Positions 1-10,415 are shown, numbered from the stretch's first letter. The stretch is DNA of 32,000 nucleotides from Cyanobacterium sp. T60_A2020_053 (GCA_015272165.1 JACYMF010000086.1:61683-93682); one strand, 5' to 3'. The notes: generated by a model from the letters alone, not told the origin. Program-made: numbers and translations.

Positions 1-1
1 G

Positions 2-568
2 TCAACAACATTAAAACAACAACTGAGGAAGGAATTTTTGGGGCGGAGGGCGCACTCCACCCCTGAACAATGGCAAAAAAAAAGCCAACAAATTAGAAAT
101 AATTTACGCAATTTTCCTTTACTACAACAAGCAAAAACTGTCTTAACGTACCTTAGTTTCAAACAAGAACCGGATTTATCACCCCTATATGATGAAATTA
201 AGACAAATTGGGGTATTCCTCGCTGTGCAGGAAAAAATCTCACTTGGCATCATTGGGGGCAACCGTTACATCAAGGCAAATATGGTATTTTAGAGCCTCG
301 TCAAGATACCCCACAAATTAACTCTACGGAAGTTGACTTGATCCTCATTCCAGCCTTGGCTTGTGATTCTTGGGGCTATCGTTTAGGTTATGGTGGTGGA
401 TATTATGACCGCCTTTTAAGCGCCCCTGAGTGGCAAAATATTACCACTGTGGGCATTATTTTCCATGATGCTTATGTGGATGAACTTCCCCATGATTCGT
501 GGGATATACCCTTACATTATATTATTACCGATAAGGATGAGATAAAAATACCTTGCGTAACAGATTAA
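2..568 (+). CDS. 5-formyltetrahydrofolate cyclo-ligase; the 5' end probably lies upstream of the window
   Basis: The listed ORF 38-568 begins at a TTG, but the frame stays open back to base 2 (STTLKQQLRKEF...). The C-terminal LIPALACDSWGYRLGYGGGYYDR matches the 5-FCL family signature (GxGGGYYDR). Confidence 0.8.
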   Translation, partial: STTLKQQLRKEFLGRRAHSTPEQWQKKSQQIRNNLRNFPLLQQAKTVLTYLSFKQEPDLSPLYDEIKTNWGIPRCAGKNLTWHHWGQPLHQGKYGILEPRQDTPQINSTEVDLILIPALACDSWGYRLGYGGGYYDRLLSAPEWQNITTVGIIFHDAYVDELPHDSWDIPLHYIITDKDEIKIPCVTD

Positions 569-688
569 TGAGGGTATGCTGAATAAATCAAAACTCTTGT
601 TATGTCAAGTTCGGATAATTAGTTACAAATAGATTATATCTTCGTAATTTACCCACTACATTCCCTCACCAAAATACTTTTTCAGCAA
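567..688 (+). mobile_element. Short (~120 bp) chimeric MITE-like element: family-1 termini enclosing a family-2 fragment
   Basis: The left end aatgagggtatgctgaataaatcaaaactcttgt and right end actttttcagcaaaccctaatt match the family-1 termini seen at 14761/15027. The internal gtcaagttcggataattagttacaaatagattatatcttcg matches the reverse complement of 16981-17019. Confidence 0.55.
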
Positions 689-691
689 ACC

Positions 692-1069
692 CTAATTATT
701 AGCTTTTAACAGACGTAAACGAGTGGAAAGACTACGAATAATTTCGAGGGCAAAAAGAGGAGTTTCTTGAACTAAAAATAAAAATCTCTCCCTATTCAAT
801 TCAGCAATTTGACAAGGCATTTTTGCCACCGCCGTAGAATAGCGAAGATGGTCTATTTGTACCAGCGCCCCTTCCCCAAAAACATCATGTTTAGTGATAG
901 TTTCTACCACTTTACCATCTCGATGAAGTTCCACTTCTCCATCCATTAGAGCATACATAGAAGCGCCCTTCTCCCCTTCCTTAAAAATGACTTCTCCTTG
1001 CGCTACTTCACGGGTTGGCACATGGTTAAAAAATAGATCAATTACGTCACTGGCTTCTAACATCATCAT
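692..1069 (-). CDS. Stand-alone cyclic-nucleotide-binding (CAP effector-type) domain protein
   Basis: The 125-aa ORF has cNMP-binding domain features (FKEGEKG...FGEGAL...RSLSTRL) and no DNA-binding or other output domain. Confidence 0.7.
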   Translation of the reverse strand: MMMLEASDVIDLFFNHVPTREVAQGEVIFKEGEKGASMYALMDGEVELHRDGKVVETITKHDVFGEGALVQIDHLRYSTAVAKMPCQIAELNRERFLFLVQETPLFALEIIRSLSTRLRLLKANN

Positions 1070-1150
1070 TTTTCCTGATTATTTGGACATCAATCACACT
1101 TTATTATGTCAGCATTAGCTCATTTAAACGTTAAGAAAAGTTTAACTTTA

Positions 1151-1300
1151 AGGGAGGTTTCAGGTAGCAGGTTTCAGGTTTAAAACCTTTCCCTCAATAG
1201 ACTCTTGTACAAGAAAAAGAAAAAGATCAATAAACATAAGTTTCTTGTCAATTCTTTAACCTAACACCGCGACACCCGACACCTGACACCTAAAACCAAC
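1151..1300. repeat. Composite repeat bounded by inverted heptamer arrays (CAGGTNN at left, NNACCTG-type at right)
   Basis: aggtttcaggtagcaggtttcaggttt at 1155-1181 faces acaccgcgacacccgacacctgacaccta at 1264-1292. The internal ttgtcaattctttaacctaacacc resembles 26920-26945. Confidence 0.5.
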
Positions 1301-1328
1301 AATTAACCCTATTTTTGCGTAAAATCAG

Positions 1329-2201
1329 TTAATTTAGTTCTTGCTTTAGTAACCAAAAACCTTCAAAAGATTCCGATTCGGGGGAAGATTGAATAGCTAA
1401 AAAATGCACTCCCCCAGCGCCCTTCTTCGCCGTTTCAAAACCTAAACCTTCGGCTAAAGTAGCTTTATCCGTAAGATTCGCCAAAATCCAACTATCACTA
1501 ACACCAGTTTCCAGACAAATACGGGGAAATTGCCCTTCCTCAAGACGTAAATAACCTAACTCTAATCCTGACATCCAAGCGGATAAAGGCAAGGCGCGCT
1601 GGGAAAAAATAATTAAACCGGGTATTTTTGCATCATTCTTCACTCCTGCCAAACTGAGAGGAAACGCCTCCCCGAAAGCGATATTCCATTGCTGCATATC
1701 TTGAAAATCAGCGCCCGTCAAACTTACCAGCGCCCATCGGTCTAATTTATCGCCGCGCACCGCATCAGGTAAACTGATGGGATTACCTTGAGGATACTGC
1801 ACAGAAGTAACGGTGGAGGGCGCTTGATAACCTTCCTGTTGGGGATAAAAGTTGATTTCTCTCTCTCTCAACCAATCATTAAGCGCATAAGTATGACGAG
1901 AAGGAAACACCGAAATATTAGCATCATCACAGGCTTTGATGATCATATTATTCATTTGACGGCGAAAAAAACGAATCTTACTGGGAGTTTCCCCAGCTTT
2001 TTCTACCGCGCGGGTGAGGGCGCTACCCAAGGTAATGGAATTTACCTCACTATTAGAGCAAAATTCATAGTAACGAAACAGGGAATCAGGGTCAGAATCA
2101 ATAGTAGTCGGACTTTCGCAGATTAAAATTTCCCAACGCTTCTTATTATTTTCATCAAAAATCGGACGAGAATAAAAATCTAACTCCCAAATTTTTCCCA
2201 T
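1329..2201 (-). CDS. Tab2-family (DUF1092) RNA-binding protein homolog
   Basis: The 290-aa ORF has the N-terminal WELDFYSRPI motif typical of the cyanobacterial/chloroplast Tab2 family. Confidence 0.7.
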   Translation of the reverse strand: MGKIWELDFYSRPIFDENNKKRWEILICESPTTIDSDPDSLFRYYEFCSNSEVNSITLGSALTRAVEKAGETPSKIRFFRRQMNNMIIKACDDANISVFPSRHTYALNDWLREREINFYPQQEGYQAPSTVTSVQYPQGNPISLPDAVRGDKLDRWALVSLTGADFQDMQQWNIAFGEAFPLSLAGVKNDAKIPGLIIFSQRALPLSAWMSGLELGYLRLEEGQFPRICLETGVSDSWILANLTDKATLAEGLGFETAKKGAGGVHFLAIQSSPESESFEGFWLLKQELN

Positions 2202-2345
2202 GTCATCGAATATGCTATAAAAACTTCATTATTTTTTGCCAAGCTCATACTACCACAGTGAGGGCAAATTGATAATGGACAATGGATAATGGACAATTAA
2301 TAATTGATAATTAATTCTTCACCTACCCATTATTAGTAATATCAA

Positions 2346-2426
2346 AATCTTAGTTCAATTTATTGAACGAGATACCACTAGCCGTGTAATTCATTACACG
2401 GTGGGTAAAGTGCGAAGTTATAATCT
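2346..2426 (+). repeat. Partial copy of the family-2 MITE core carrying two perfect palindromes
   Basis: It contains gttcaatttattgaac and ccgtgtaattcattacacgg (2382-2401). It is nearly identical to 16911-16990 and to the reverse complement of 13940-14017. Confidence 0.65.
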
Positions 2427-2458
2427 TTTGGCGGCTGAAAATTAATTGTATATTTCAA

Positions 2459-2935
2459 TTAATGAAAAAAAGCCTGTTTCAAATCTTCTACAATCACATC
2501 AGGCACTAAATGATCGATTTTGCCACCAAATTTAGCAATCTCCTTTACCACACTACTACTTACAAAACTATGAGCAGTATTAGTCGCTAAAAAAACCGTC
2601 TCAATTTCAGCGCCCAAAGTTTTATTGATGTGCGCCATCTGTAACTCCTGCTCAAAATCCGATAACACTCGCAAACCGCGCAATAAAACCCCCCCTTGAC
2701 GTAACCTCGCAAACTCCACTGTTAAGCCAGAAAAACTGTCCACATCTACATTGGAAATGTCCGCCGTACATCTTTTAATTTGTTCTAACCTCTTTTCTAC
2801 GGAAAATAAAGGCTTTTTGTTAGGATTTTTTAAAACTGCCACAATCACTCGCTCAAACAAAATACTACCTCTTTGGATCAAATCAAGATGTCCAAAAGTG
2901 ATGGGGTCAAAGCTACCCGGATAAATAGCAATCAT
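2459..2935 (-). CDS. coaD: Phosphopantetheine adenylyltransferase
   Basis: The 158-aa ORF starts [20 protein letters not shown] (T/HxGH nucleotidyltransferase motif) and has full-length CoaD architecture. Confidence 0.93.
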   Translation of the reverse strand: MIAIYPGSFDPITFGHLDLIQRGSILFERVIVAVLKNPNKKPLFSVEKRLEQIKRCTADISNVDVDSFSGLTVEFARLRQGGVLLRGLRVLSDFEQELQMAHINKTLGAEIETVFLATNTAHSFVSSSVVKEIAKFGGKIDHLVPDVIVEDLKQAFFH

Positions 2936-3004
2936 AGTCTATTAAGGTGATCAATTCCTACTCAATCTACCACAAAAAGGAAATGTTATAATACCCTAAA
3001 AAAG

Positions 3005-3078
3005 GGCGAACGATGGGACTCGAACCCACGAATGGCGGAACCACAATCCACTGCCTTAACCACTTGGCTACGCTCGCC
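3005..3078 (-). tRNA. tRNA-His (anticodon GTG) with an encoded G-1
   Basis: The reverse complement GGCGAGCGTAGCCAAGTGGTTAAGGCAGTGGATTGTGGTTCCGCCATTCGTGGGTTCGAGTCCCATCGTTCGCC folds as a cloverleaf. The anticodon loop is TTGTGGT, the T-loop is TTCGAGT, and the extra 5' G pairs with C73. CCA is not encoded. Confidence 0.9.
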
Positions 3079-3141
3079 TTGCTATTAAAAAAGTATAACA
3101 TAAAATAACTCCCATCGTCTAGGTTAAGCCTAATTTTTTTT

Positions 3142-3543
3142 ATGAATCCCCATTCTCATTCCAAACCTTTACCCCTTTCCTTATTTGCCGTTATAGGTAG
3201 TTCTTTAGTATTACTTTTGGGGGGAGTTTTAGCTTTTACCAACCCCAATAATAAAAAATATGAAACCTTTGCCACAGAGCAATTAAGCGTCTATGCTAAA
3301 GAAAATCTTTGTCAAGCTACGGAAGGAAATCTCGAACAAGCTATCAAAAGCCAAGTTTGTCATATGATGGTAGAAACGGGTAAAGGACAAATTCCCAGAG
3401 TAATTAGGGAAACCACCACTAGAAAAAATTATTTTCTTCTTAGTCTTTATGATACTAATCTCTATCTCTATAAATTTAGAACCGTTGGGGTGTTAAATAA
3501 TTTTTATGTCATTAGCGCGGATCAAGTTTATGATCAAAATTAA
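3142..3543 (+). CDS. Hypothetical membrane-anchored protein (possibly DUF4359-like)
   Basis: The 133-aa ORF has one N-terminal hydrophobic helix (LSLFAVIGSSLVLLLGGVLAF). The family assignment is from memory only. Confidence 0.45.
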   Translation: MNPHSHSKPLPLSLFAVIGSSLVLLLGGVLAFTNPNNKKYETFATEQLSVYAKENLCQATEGNLEQAIKSQVCHMMVETGKGQIPRVIRETTTRKNYFLLSLYDTNLYLYKFRTVGVLNNFYVISADQVYDQN

Positions 3544-3570
3544 TTGTTAGTTTTATGACTAGATACAAAC

Positions 3571-3948
3571 ATGGAAGAAACCAATACACTAGATCAACAA
3601 GCCCAACAATCAGAATACACTAGAACTCCTCCTTGGGGTACTGTGACTCTCCTTGAGGAAAGTACCTATTATCGTATTAATCGTATTACTGTTAAGCCGG
3701 GGCATCACATTAGCACCCAAATGCACTACCACCGTAGTGAACATTGGGTTGTAGTTGCTGGTACTGCAAAAGTAATCTTTAATGGAGAGGAAAGATTATT
3801 GTTGCCGAAGCAGTCAACCTATGTGCCGATGAATATTCGTCATCGGGTGGAAAATCCGGGGGTGATTCCTTTGGTGATGATTGAAATTCAAAATGGTCAA
3901 TATCTAGGTGATGATGATATTATTCGTTTTGATGATGGTGAGGAATAA
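3571..3948 (+). CDS. Cupin-domain protein resembling the C-terminal cupin of type II mannose-6-phosphate isomerase
   Basis: The 125-aa ORF carries cupin motifs: HYHRSEHWVVVAGTAKV ... NIRHRVENPG. Confidence 0.7.
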   Translation: MEETNTLDQQAQQSEYTRTPPWGTVTLLEESTYYRINRITVKPGHHISTQMHYHRSEHWVVVAGTAKVIFNGEERLLLPKQSTYVPMNIRHRVENPGVIPLVMIEIQNGQYLGDDDIIRFDDGEE

Positions 3949-4014
3949 ACTATTTTTTTTATGTCTCGCAAAGGCGCAAAGGCACAAAGGTTTTTTGATA
4001 GTTTTACATGAGGT

Positions 4015-4821
4015 TTAAATTTTTCGATAAATTTTGGCTAAAAGGTTAATATCTATTTTCAAGTAATACCCTAAAATCATTAATTGATTAATTAATGTAG
4101 TTTTAAAAATTCCTAGTTTTTTCCAGCGCCTGTCAGAGGTAATCACAGCGCCCTCCGCCATTTTAATAATACCTTTTTTCTGTAATCTTTTAACTAGGTC
4201 AAAGTCTTCCATAATGGGCATATTTTTAAACATTCCTATGTCTTGAAAGGTTTGTTTTTTTAAAAATATGCCTTGATCTCCATAGGGTAAAGATAAGTAT
4301 TGAGAACGTATCTGCACTAAAAAAGAAATAAATTTAAGCAAGTTATTTTGATTATTAATATTTAATTTAAAAGCTCCTGCTATTACTTTATTTGTGTCTA
4401 ATGTTGTGATAATTTCTTGGTCAAAATTAGTTGGTAAAATGCTATCACCATGCAAAAATAATAAAATATCACCTTGGGCTTTTTCTGCTCCTAAGTTCAT
4501 TTGTAAGGCTCGATTTTTAACATCACATTGTAAAATTGTCAAGGCTTTTGATTGAATTAAATTCACTGTATTATCACTACTACCACCATCAACAAAAATA
4601 TATTCTATAGAGTCTTTTTTGCTGAATTTATCTAAATTTTGTGATAAAAATTTTTCTTCATTTAATACAGGAATAATTACACTAATTTTATGGGTGAAAG
4701 AATTTGACACAGGGATATTAACCCCATTGTTATCCTTTTGCGTTGTCTTGTTGTGTAATGGTTTATTTTCCGTTGCCATGAATAATTGAGGATGGTTATA
4801 TAATATAAAGAAAACAGTCAA
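4015..4821 (-). CDS. Family 2 glycosyltransferase
   Basis: It has [10 protein letters not shown] and [10 protein letters not shown] motifs of the GT-A fold. The true start is more likely the Met at 4779 (MATENK...), because the longest ORF leaves only 13 bp before the divergent tldD. Confidence 0.78.
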   Translation of the reverse strand: MTVFFILYNHPQLFMATENKPLHNKTTQKDNNGVNIPVSNSFTHKISVIIPVLNEEKFLSQNLDKFSKKDSIEYIFVDGGSSDNTVNLIQSKALTILQCDVKNRALQMNLGAEKAQGDILLFLHGDSILPTNFDQEIITTLDTNKVIAGAFKLNINNQNNLLKFISFLVQIRSQYLSLPYGDQGIFLKKQTFQDIGMFKNMPIMEDFDLVKRLQKKGIIKMAEGAVITSDRRWKKLGIFKTTLINQLMILGYYLKIDINLLAKIYRKI

Positions 4822-4834
4822 AATAAATAGTTTT

Positions 4835-6304
4835 ATGTCAGCAACTCTGTTAATTTCCGAAAAAATACCAAATTTATCATATCAACCACATCCAGAAAGA
4901 TTTGATCTATCTTGGCAAAAACCTTTGTCTATTTTACTCGGTATTGGTAGGGCTTCGGGCGCTGATTTTGTGGAGTTTTTTCTTGAAAAAAGTAACTATA
5001 TCAGTTGTTTGGCAGAAGATGATACCATCACCAGTATTACACCTCGATTGGCGACGGGCGCTGGGGTAAGGGTATTTCGAGGTAAAGCAGACTGCTATGT
5101 CAGCACTAATGATTTAACTTTTAATGGTTTGAAACAAGCGCTAGAAAAAGCCCTTTCTATTTTAGGCTTAAATATCCCTCAAGGTTCGTCTTATATTCCT
5201 GAAATCAATTTAGAGATGTTTCGAGATTATGCCACCATCAAAAATAAAGATCAATGGTTGCAACACTGTAGTAATATGTCTGAAATGGGAGAAATTTTAC
5301 TCTCAGCAAATCATAGCCTCGCTCAAAAAGCTAATCACATTCAATCTCGCCGAGGTGTTTATTTTCGGGATTGGCAAGAGGTGATGGTAGCCTCTAGTGA
5401 TGGCACTTTTGCCAGAGATATTCGCTTAACTCAATCCGTTGGTTATAATTTGTTGTGCGCTGATGGACAAAATCGCTCATCTATCGGTAAAAGAGACGGT
5501 AACACCAGTAATCCTAACTTTTTGCGTCAATGGGATTATGAAAATGTGGCGGAAGAAATTGCGGAGTCGGCAGGAAAAATGCTTTATGCTGACTATGTGG
5601 AATCGGGGCAATATCCCATTATTATGGCTAATCAGTTTGGGGGGGTAATTTTCCACGAAGCCTGTGGGCATTTATTGGAAACTACTCAAATTGAAAGAAA
5701 AAGCACTCCTTTTATGGATAAAAAGGGCGAAAAGATTGCCCACGAAAATTTAACGGCATGGGATGAGGGTATTTCAGAAGAAGCCTTTGGTAGTATTGAT
5801 ATGGATGATGAGGGAATGCCCACCCAGCGCACGTTACTCATCGAGAATGGCATTTTAAAAAATTTCATTGCCGATCGCGCTGGTTCAATCCGTACGGGGC
5901 ATCCGCGCACGGGTAGTGGTAGAAGACAAGGTTATAGTTATGCGGCTGCTTCTCGGATGCGTAATACTTATATTGCACCGGGAAATTACACCGTAGAGCA
6001 ATTATTTGATTCTGTGGAAAAAGGGATTTATTGTAAGAAAATGGGTGGCGGTAGTGTGGGCCCCACGGGAGAGTTTAACTTTGGGGTAGATGAGGCGTAT
6101 TTGATTGAAAATGGCAAAATTACTAAGCCGTTGAAGGGCGCTACTTTGATTGGAGAGGCTAAGGAAATTATGCAAAAAATTTCGATGTCGTCTCAAGATT
6201 TAGCTTTGGCGGCTGGTTTTTGTGGTTCGGTTAGTGGTAGTCTTTATGTTACTGTGGGGCAACCTCATATTAAAGTTGATTCTATCACCGTCGGGGGAAG
6301 ATAA
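4835..6304 (+). CDS. tldD: TldD-family metalloprotease
   Basis: The 489-aa ORF has the HEACGHLLE zinc motif and the C-terminal GGxxGxxGEF region typical of TldD/PmbA. Confidence 0.88.
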   Translation: MSATLLISEKIPNLSYQPHPERFDLSWQKPLSILLGIGRASGADFVEFFLEKSNYISCLAEDDTITSITPRLATGAGVRVFRGKADCYVSTNDLTFNGLKQALEKALSILGLNIPQGSSYIPEINLEMFRDYATIKNKDQWLQHCSNMSEMGEILLSANHSLAQKANHIQSRRGVYFRDWQEVMVASSDGTFARDIRLTQSVGYNLLCADGQNRSSIGKRDGNTSNPNFLRQWDYENVAEEIAESAGKMLYADYVESGQYPIIMANQFGGVIFHEACGHLLETTQIERKSTPFMDKKGEKIAHENLTAWDEGISEEAFGSIDMDDEGMPTQRTLLIENGILKNFIADRAGSIRTGHPRTGSGRRQGYSYAAASRMRNTYIAPGNYTVEQLFDSVEKGIYCKKMGGGSVGPTGEFNFGVDEAYLIENGKITKPLKGATLIGEAKEIMQKISMSSQDLALAAGFCGSVSGSLYVTVGQPHIKVDSITVGGR

Positions 6305-6398
6305 GTTTATGGTTGAGGGCGCTGGTTTTTAAGTAATAAGCAAAAATTAATAAGTAAGAGGTTTTGGGGTGTGGTGAAGGGCGCTGTTTCCAGAGAGA

Positions 6399-7565
6399 GT
6401 GACGATGAGTGACAATTTTCGAGCTAAATTAAGAAAAGCAAAAAATCAAGGGGTTAATTCTTTAAAAAAGTTTTTAAATTTACCTTCTCAGTCTAAGCTG
6501 TATGGTCCATCAGGGTTGGCAACAAATTGGCTAGACTATAATGGGTATAGTCAATCAGATGTGGCTTGGCAACAAGTCTATCCCACAATTAAGTGTCACT
6601 GGAATCCGCAAAAAACCACGAATTGGGGGCGCTATACCTACAATTTCACCAAAAATTTAAAACCAGAAATTCCTCCCACCGGAGTTGTAATAATTCCTAA
6701 TGGTCAAGTGATGGATATACAAGGTTATACTTTCACAAAGGATGACCAGTTTTTGGTAGATGTTTCTTATTGGCGACATCGATTAGGCTATGCTAATTTG
6801 CCCAAGGAAAAATATCCCACGGAAAAAATTAAGGGTACTTGTTTATCTTTAATGACAAATGCTTCCAGTAATTATTGTCATTTTTTGTTAGATTCTTTAC
6901 CAAGGCTACATCTTTTTTATCAAGCTGGATATACTCTTGATGATGTGGATTATATTTTGTTACATCAACCCATATCCCCTAACGCTTGGTCTATTTTTAG
7001 GCAACTAGGCATTAATGAGAGTAAGTGTCAATGGGCTAAAAAAAATACTACCTTTCAAGCTGATACTTTAATTGCTACTACTCACCCCAGTTTGAATTTA
7101 CATCATCCTCGTTGGTTAGTAGATTTTATGACCAAAAAAATTGATTTAAAGCCTTGCCAACCTCAACGGCGTTTGTATATTCCACGCCCTACGGGAAGAC
7201 GAAAAGTTGCTAATGAAGATGAATTGCTATCCATTTTAACTGAGTATGGCTTTGAAATATTTAAACCTGAAGAAGAAGTTAATCAACCGCAAGTATTTCA
7301 TGAAGCATCAATTATTGTAGCTTCTCATGGTGCTGCGTTGAGTAATTTAGTATTTTGTCAACCGGGTACAAAGGTATTAGAATTAATGTCAAATGGGCAT
7401 CTCAGGGAATATTTTTTCACTCTTTGTCAAGTAGCTGGATTGGAGCATCATTATATTATTGGTAAAACTACTCAACCGATTAGCTATGTCGGGGGACTAT
7501 GCTTTCATGATTTTATTATTAATCCTACTTTCTTAACAAAGGCTTTATACTTTTTAACAAAGTAA
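6399..7565 (+). CDS. Glycosyltransferase family 61 / DUF563 protein
   Basis: The 388-aa ORF has a C-terminal IVASHGAALSNLVFCQPGTKVLEL block characteristic of DUF563/GT61. Confidence 0.7.
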   Translation: MTMSDNFRAKLRKAKNQGVNSLKKFLNLPSQSKLYGPSGLATNWLDYNGYSQSDVAWQQVYPTIKCHWNPQKTTNWGRYTYNFTKNLKPEIPPTGVVIIPNGQVMDIQGYTFTKDDQFLVDVSYWRHRLGYANLPKEKYPTEKIKGTCLSLMTNASSNYCHFLLDSLPRLHLFYQAGYTLDDVDYILLHQPISPNAWSIFRQLGINESKCQWAKKNTTFQADTLIATTHPSLNLHHPRWLVDFMTKKIDLKPCQPQRRLYIPRPTGRRKVANEDELLSILTEYGFEIFKPEEEVNQPQVFHEASIIVASHGAALSNLVFCQPGTKVLELMSNGHLREYFFTLCQVAGLEHHYIIGKTTQPISYVGGLCFHDFIINPTFLTKALYFLTK

Positions 7566-7659
7566 TTTAGAGCTTCATAAATAAAAAAAGGTAATGGACA
7601 GTGGGTATTAATCAAAGTTTTGCTATCTAAGAGTGGTGGATGTTTTTGGAGAATGAGAC

Positions 7660-8008
7660 AAGAGATTTACTAAATCTTAGATTTTCTATATAAACGGATA
7701 TAAAATGACATAAAAGGACAAATAAATAAAAAGTTTGTGAAAGTATTCGATTTCGGTTTCAGAAAAGTAATATTTGATGTACGATAAAGGGAGATTTTGG
7801 TTGCCCCTTTTGGGGAAGTACCTTACAAAAATAGGATAGTAATACTATTAACGCTTCCGTGGGTGAAGCAGTCTGTTAAATCAGATAACATAAGTGTCTT
7901 AAAAATATTTTTTAAGGCTTTGAGGGATACCTCCTTTTGAGTATTTTACTCAAATGCTATTGCAGTTTATTACGGTATATGCCGTTTTATTCTGCATAAA
8001 CGTATCAG
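7660..8008 (+). repeat. 349-bp non-coding element, copy 1 (twin at 22077-22425)
   Basis: Base-by-base comparison with 22077-22425 shows one difference (A7700 vs C22117). Flanks on both sides are unrelated. There is no ORF longer than about 22 codons. Confidence 0.92.
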
Positions 8009-8112
8009 GAATATATGATATATTAAGCATTAAATCAGCGCCCTCCCCCGTAGCCAAAGAGATAAAAGGGGAGAAAAAAAGCTAAAATATAAGAAAAAAT
8101 ATAGATAGTTCT

Positions 8113-9297
8113 ATGCCACAAATTGAAACAAGAACCGAACCAATGGTTCTCAATATGGGCCCTCACCATCCCTCCATGCACGGCGTATTAAGGTTAATTT
8201 TAACCCTAGACGGTGAAGACGTAGTGGATTGCGAGCCCGTGATTGGTTACTTACATCGAGGAATGGAAAAGATTGCCGAAAATCGCACCAACGTCATGTA
8301 TGTGCCTTACGTCAGTCGCTGGGATTACGCCGCCGGGATGTTTAACGAAGCCATTACCGTTAATGCGCCCGAAAAACTAGCGGATATTGAAGTACCAAAA
8401 CGCGCCCAATATATTAGGGTGATTATGTTGGAGTTAAACCGCATCGCTAATCATTTACTATGGCTTGGCCCATTTTTGGCGGATGTGGGCGCTCAAACTC
8501 CCTTCTTTTATATTTTCCGTGAACGGGAAATGATTTATGATTTATGGGAGTCTGCGTCTGGAATGCGTTTAATTAATAACAATTATTTTCGCATCGGTGG
8601 CGTTGCCGTTGATTTACCCTACGGTTGGGTGGATAAATGCGAAGATTTTTGCGATTATTTTTTACCCAAAGTTGACGAATACGAAAAACTCATCACCAAT
8701 AACCCCATTTTCCGCAAACGGGTGGAAGGTGTCGGCACAATCACCAAAGATCAAGCCATCAACTGGAGCTTATCCGGTCCCATGTTGCGCAGTTGCGGAG
8801 TAAAATGGGATTTGCGTAAGGTGGATCATTATGAATGTTATGATGATTTCGATTGGGATGTGCAATGGGAAACCGCTGGAGATTGTTTCGCCCGTTATGT
8901 CATTCGGGTTAGAGAAATGCGTGAGTCGGTGAAAATTATTCGTCAGGCTCTTAAAGGCTTACCCGGTGGACCTTACGAAAATCTCGAAGCCAAGCGCATG
9001 GCTGAGGGTAAAAAATCAGAATGGAATGATTTTCAATATCAATATATCGCTAAAAAAGTAGCGCCCACCTTTAAAATTCCCTCTGGAGAGCATTATGTGC
9101 GTCTCGAAAGCGGTAAAGGGGAGTTGGGAATTTTTATTGTCGGTAATGATGATGTTTTTCCTTGGCGTTGGAAAATCCGCGCCCCTGATTTTAATAATTT
9201 ACAGATTCTACCTCATCTTCTTAAAGGAGTTAAAGTTGCTGACGTAATGGCAATTCTCGGTAGTATTGATGTCATTATGGGGTCTGTGGATCGTTAA
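8113..9297 (+). CDS. ndhH: NAD(P)H-quinone oxidoreductase (NDH-1) subunit H
   Basis: The 394-aa ORF starts [28 protein letters not shown] and ends [14 protein letters not shown], the canonical NdhH/NuoD pattern. Confidence 0.97.
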   Translation: MPQIETRTEPMVLNMGPHHPSMHGVLRLILTLDGEDVVDCEPVIGYLHRGMEKIAENRTNVMYVPYVSRWDYAAGMFNEAITVNAPEKLADIEVPKRAQYIRVIMLELNRIANHLLWLGPFLADVGAQTPFFYIFREREMIYDLWESASGMRLINNNYFRIGGVAVDLPYGWVDKCEDFCDYFLPKVDEYEKLITNNPIFRKRVEGVGTITKDQAINWSLSGPMLRSCGVKWDLRKVDHYECYDDFDWDVQWETAGDCFARYVIRVREMRESVKIIRQALKGLPGGPYENLEAKRMAEGKKSEWNDFQYQYIAKKVAPTFKIPSGEHYVRLESGKGELGIFIVGNDDVFPWRWKIRAPDFNNLQILPHLLKGVKVADVMAILGSIDVIMGSVDR

Positions 9298-9309
9298 TTA
9301 TTTTTAATT

Positions 9310-9380
9310 TTATCTCTTTGATGCGTCCTTTGCTACGGTGGAGGGCGCTGTTTTTTTATTTTTTTAGAGCAAAGAGATAA
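9310..9380. repeat. Inverted repeat with 11-bp perfect arms and a 49-nt spacer, just downstream of ndhH
   Basis: ttatctctttg (9310-9320) pairs with caaagagataa (9370-9380). The spacer holds a GGGCGCT word followed by a T-run. It may be a terminator or a repeat remnant. Confidence 0.5.
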
Positions 9381-9424
9381 TTTGACTAAGATAAAGATAT
9401 TAAGTAAAAATTGATCAAAGATTA

Positions 9425-10210
9425 ATGAGACTAAAAAAAAATCTTTTTAGCAAATATCACGAAAATTTAAAACTAGGACAAAAATTAACTTTTATTCTGC
9501 TTTCTATTTTCGTTATGGGAAGTATCCTCTGTGGCTTGGTGTTATCGAACTATCTTAATTATACCAGTCAAAGAGAGATTACTTTTCAAGCTAAAATCTT
9601 GATGAATACCATGAACTCAGTCAGGAATTATACCAGTTTACAAATACAACCCCAGTTAGATGACCGTTTGGATCAAATTTTTTTACCCCAAACAGTACCA
9701 GCTTATTCTGCCACGGAAGTTTTTAATCAATTTCGTGCCAGTCCTGAGTTTGGACAATTTTACTATAAAGAAGCGACCTTAAATCCAACTAATCCTAGAG
9801 ATCAAGCCGATGATTTTGAGACTCAAATTATTGAACAGTTTAAACAATCAAATAACTTAAAATTTTTACAGGGATTTCGCCAAACATCAAACGGTGAGAC
9901 AGTATTCTACAGCGCCCGTCCCCTCAGAGTCAATAGTAGTAGTTGTTTAGAATGCCACTCTGACCCCAGTATTGCCCCCCTCAGCATGATCCGTAAATAT
10001 GGACAAGAGGGAGGATTTGGCTGGTATTTAGACAAAATTGTGGGGGCGCAGGTACTCTCAGCTCCAGCTAGTACAGTGATTGAGGGCGCCCGTCAATCAT
10101 TTTTTTGGATCATGTTAATTGTAGTTGGTATTTTCGGCTTGGTATTATTCACCGTTAACTATTGGTTAAGAAAAAACGTAATTAGTCCCATGTACCAACA
10201 AATATTCTAA
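9425..10210 (+). CDS. DUF3365-like c-type heme protein, membrane anchored
   Basis: It has a CLECH (CxxCH) heme-binding motif and hydrophobic helices at the N and C termini. It resembles the Tll0287/DUF3365 family. Confidence 0.62.
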   Translation: MRLKKNLFSKYHENLKLGQKLTFILLSIFVMGSILCGLVLSNYLNYTSQREITFQAKILMNTMNSVRNYTSLQIQPQLDDRLDQIFLPQTVPAYSATEVFNQFRASPEFGQFYYKEATLNPTNPRDQADDFETQIIEQFKQSNNLKFLQGFRQTSNGETVFYSARPLRVNSSSCLECHSDPSIAPLSMIRKYGQEGGFGWYLDKIVGAQVLSAPASTVIEGARQSFFWIMLIVVGIFGLVLFTVNYWLRKNVISPMYQQIF

Positions 10211-10220
10211 CTCCCCTAAA

Positions 10221-10250
10221 TTATCTGTGGATTGATTCTCTAACAGATAA
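10221..10250 (+). terminator. Candidate hairpin terminator after the DUF3365 gene
   Basis: ttatctgt (10221-10228) pairs with acagataa (10243-10250), followed by tcttgattct. The stem is AT-rich and the loop is 14 nt, so support is weak. Confidence 0.3.
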
Positions 10251-10415
10251 TCTTGATTCTATTGCAAGTAGTGTTGCCATAGAAATTGTCATGGCTTTAC
10301 TGAGAGGATTAGCCAAAATGCCTTATCCTAATCTTTTCGGTAAATTTAGTGGCGAAGGGCGCACGGTTAATTAATAATTGATAATATATGATCAAAGAAT
10401 AGGAGAATATTATCA

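Noticed and set aside
1788-2126. Listed ORFs lying antisense to, or out of frame within, well-supported genes: 1788-2126, 5439-5648, 5477-5671, 5686-5910, 6002-6196, 8597-8803, 12244-12456, 14124-14309, 16348-16629, 19347-19610, 21179-21400, 21384-21629, 24777-25145, 25323-25526, 30465-30653
   Set aside because: Each lies entirely inside a longer ORF with clear family motifs (Tab2, tldD, ndhH, rbcR, GST, the yvcK-like gene, GT4, dnaN and others). Their translations are low-complexity or biased in R/K/S/F, as expected for shadow frames, and none has a recognisable motif.
7789-7851. Short peptides encoded in the 349-bp element: MYDKGRFWLPLLGKYLTKIG on the plus strand, MLSDLTDCFTHGSVNSITILFL on the minus strand, and an ORF reading out of the 3' end
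   Set aside because: All are 22 codons or fewer, and none has a convincing ribosome-binding site at correct spacing. The read-out ORF has different C-terminal extensions in the two copies (stop after 19 codons in copy 2, about 43 in copy 1). Coding function is unsupported, though it cannot be excluded without ribosome profiling.
10279-10362. 27-codon ORF (MALLRGLAKMPYPNLFGKFSGEGRTVN) in the spacer before trmB
   Set aside because: There is no recognisable family, no clear ribosome-binding site, and the ORF is short. It contains a GGGCGC word, but that word also occurs in non-coding DNA.
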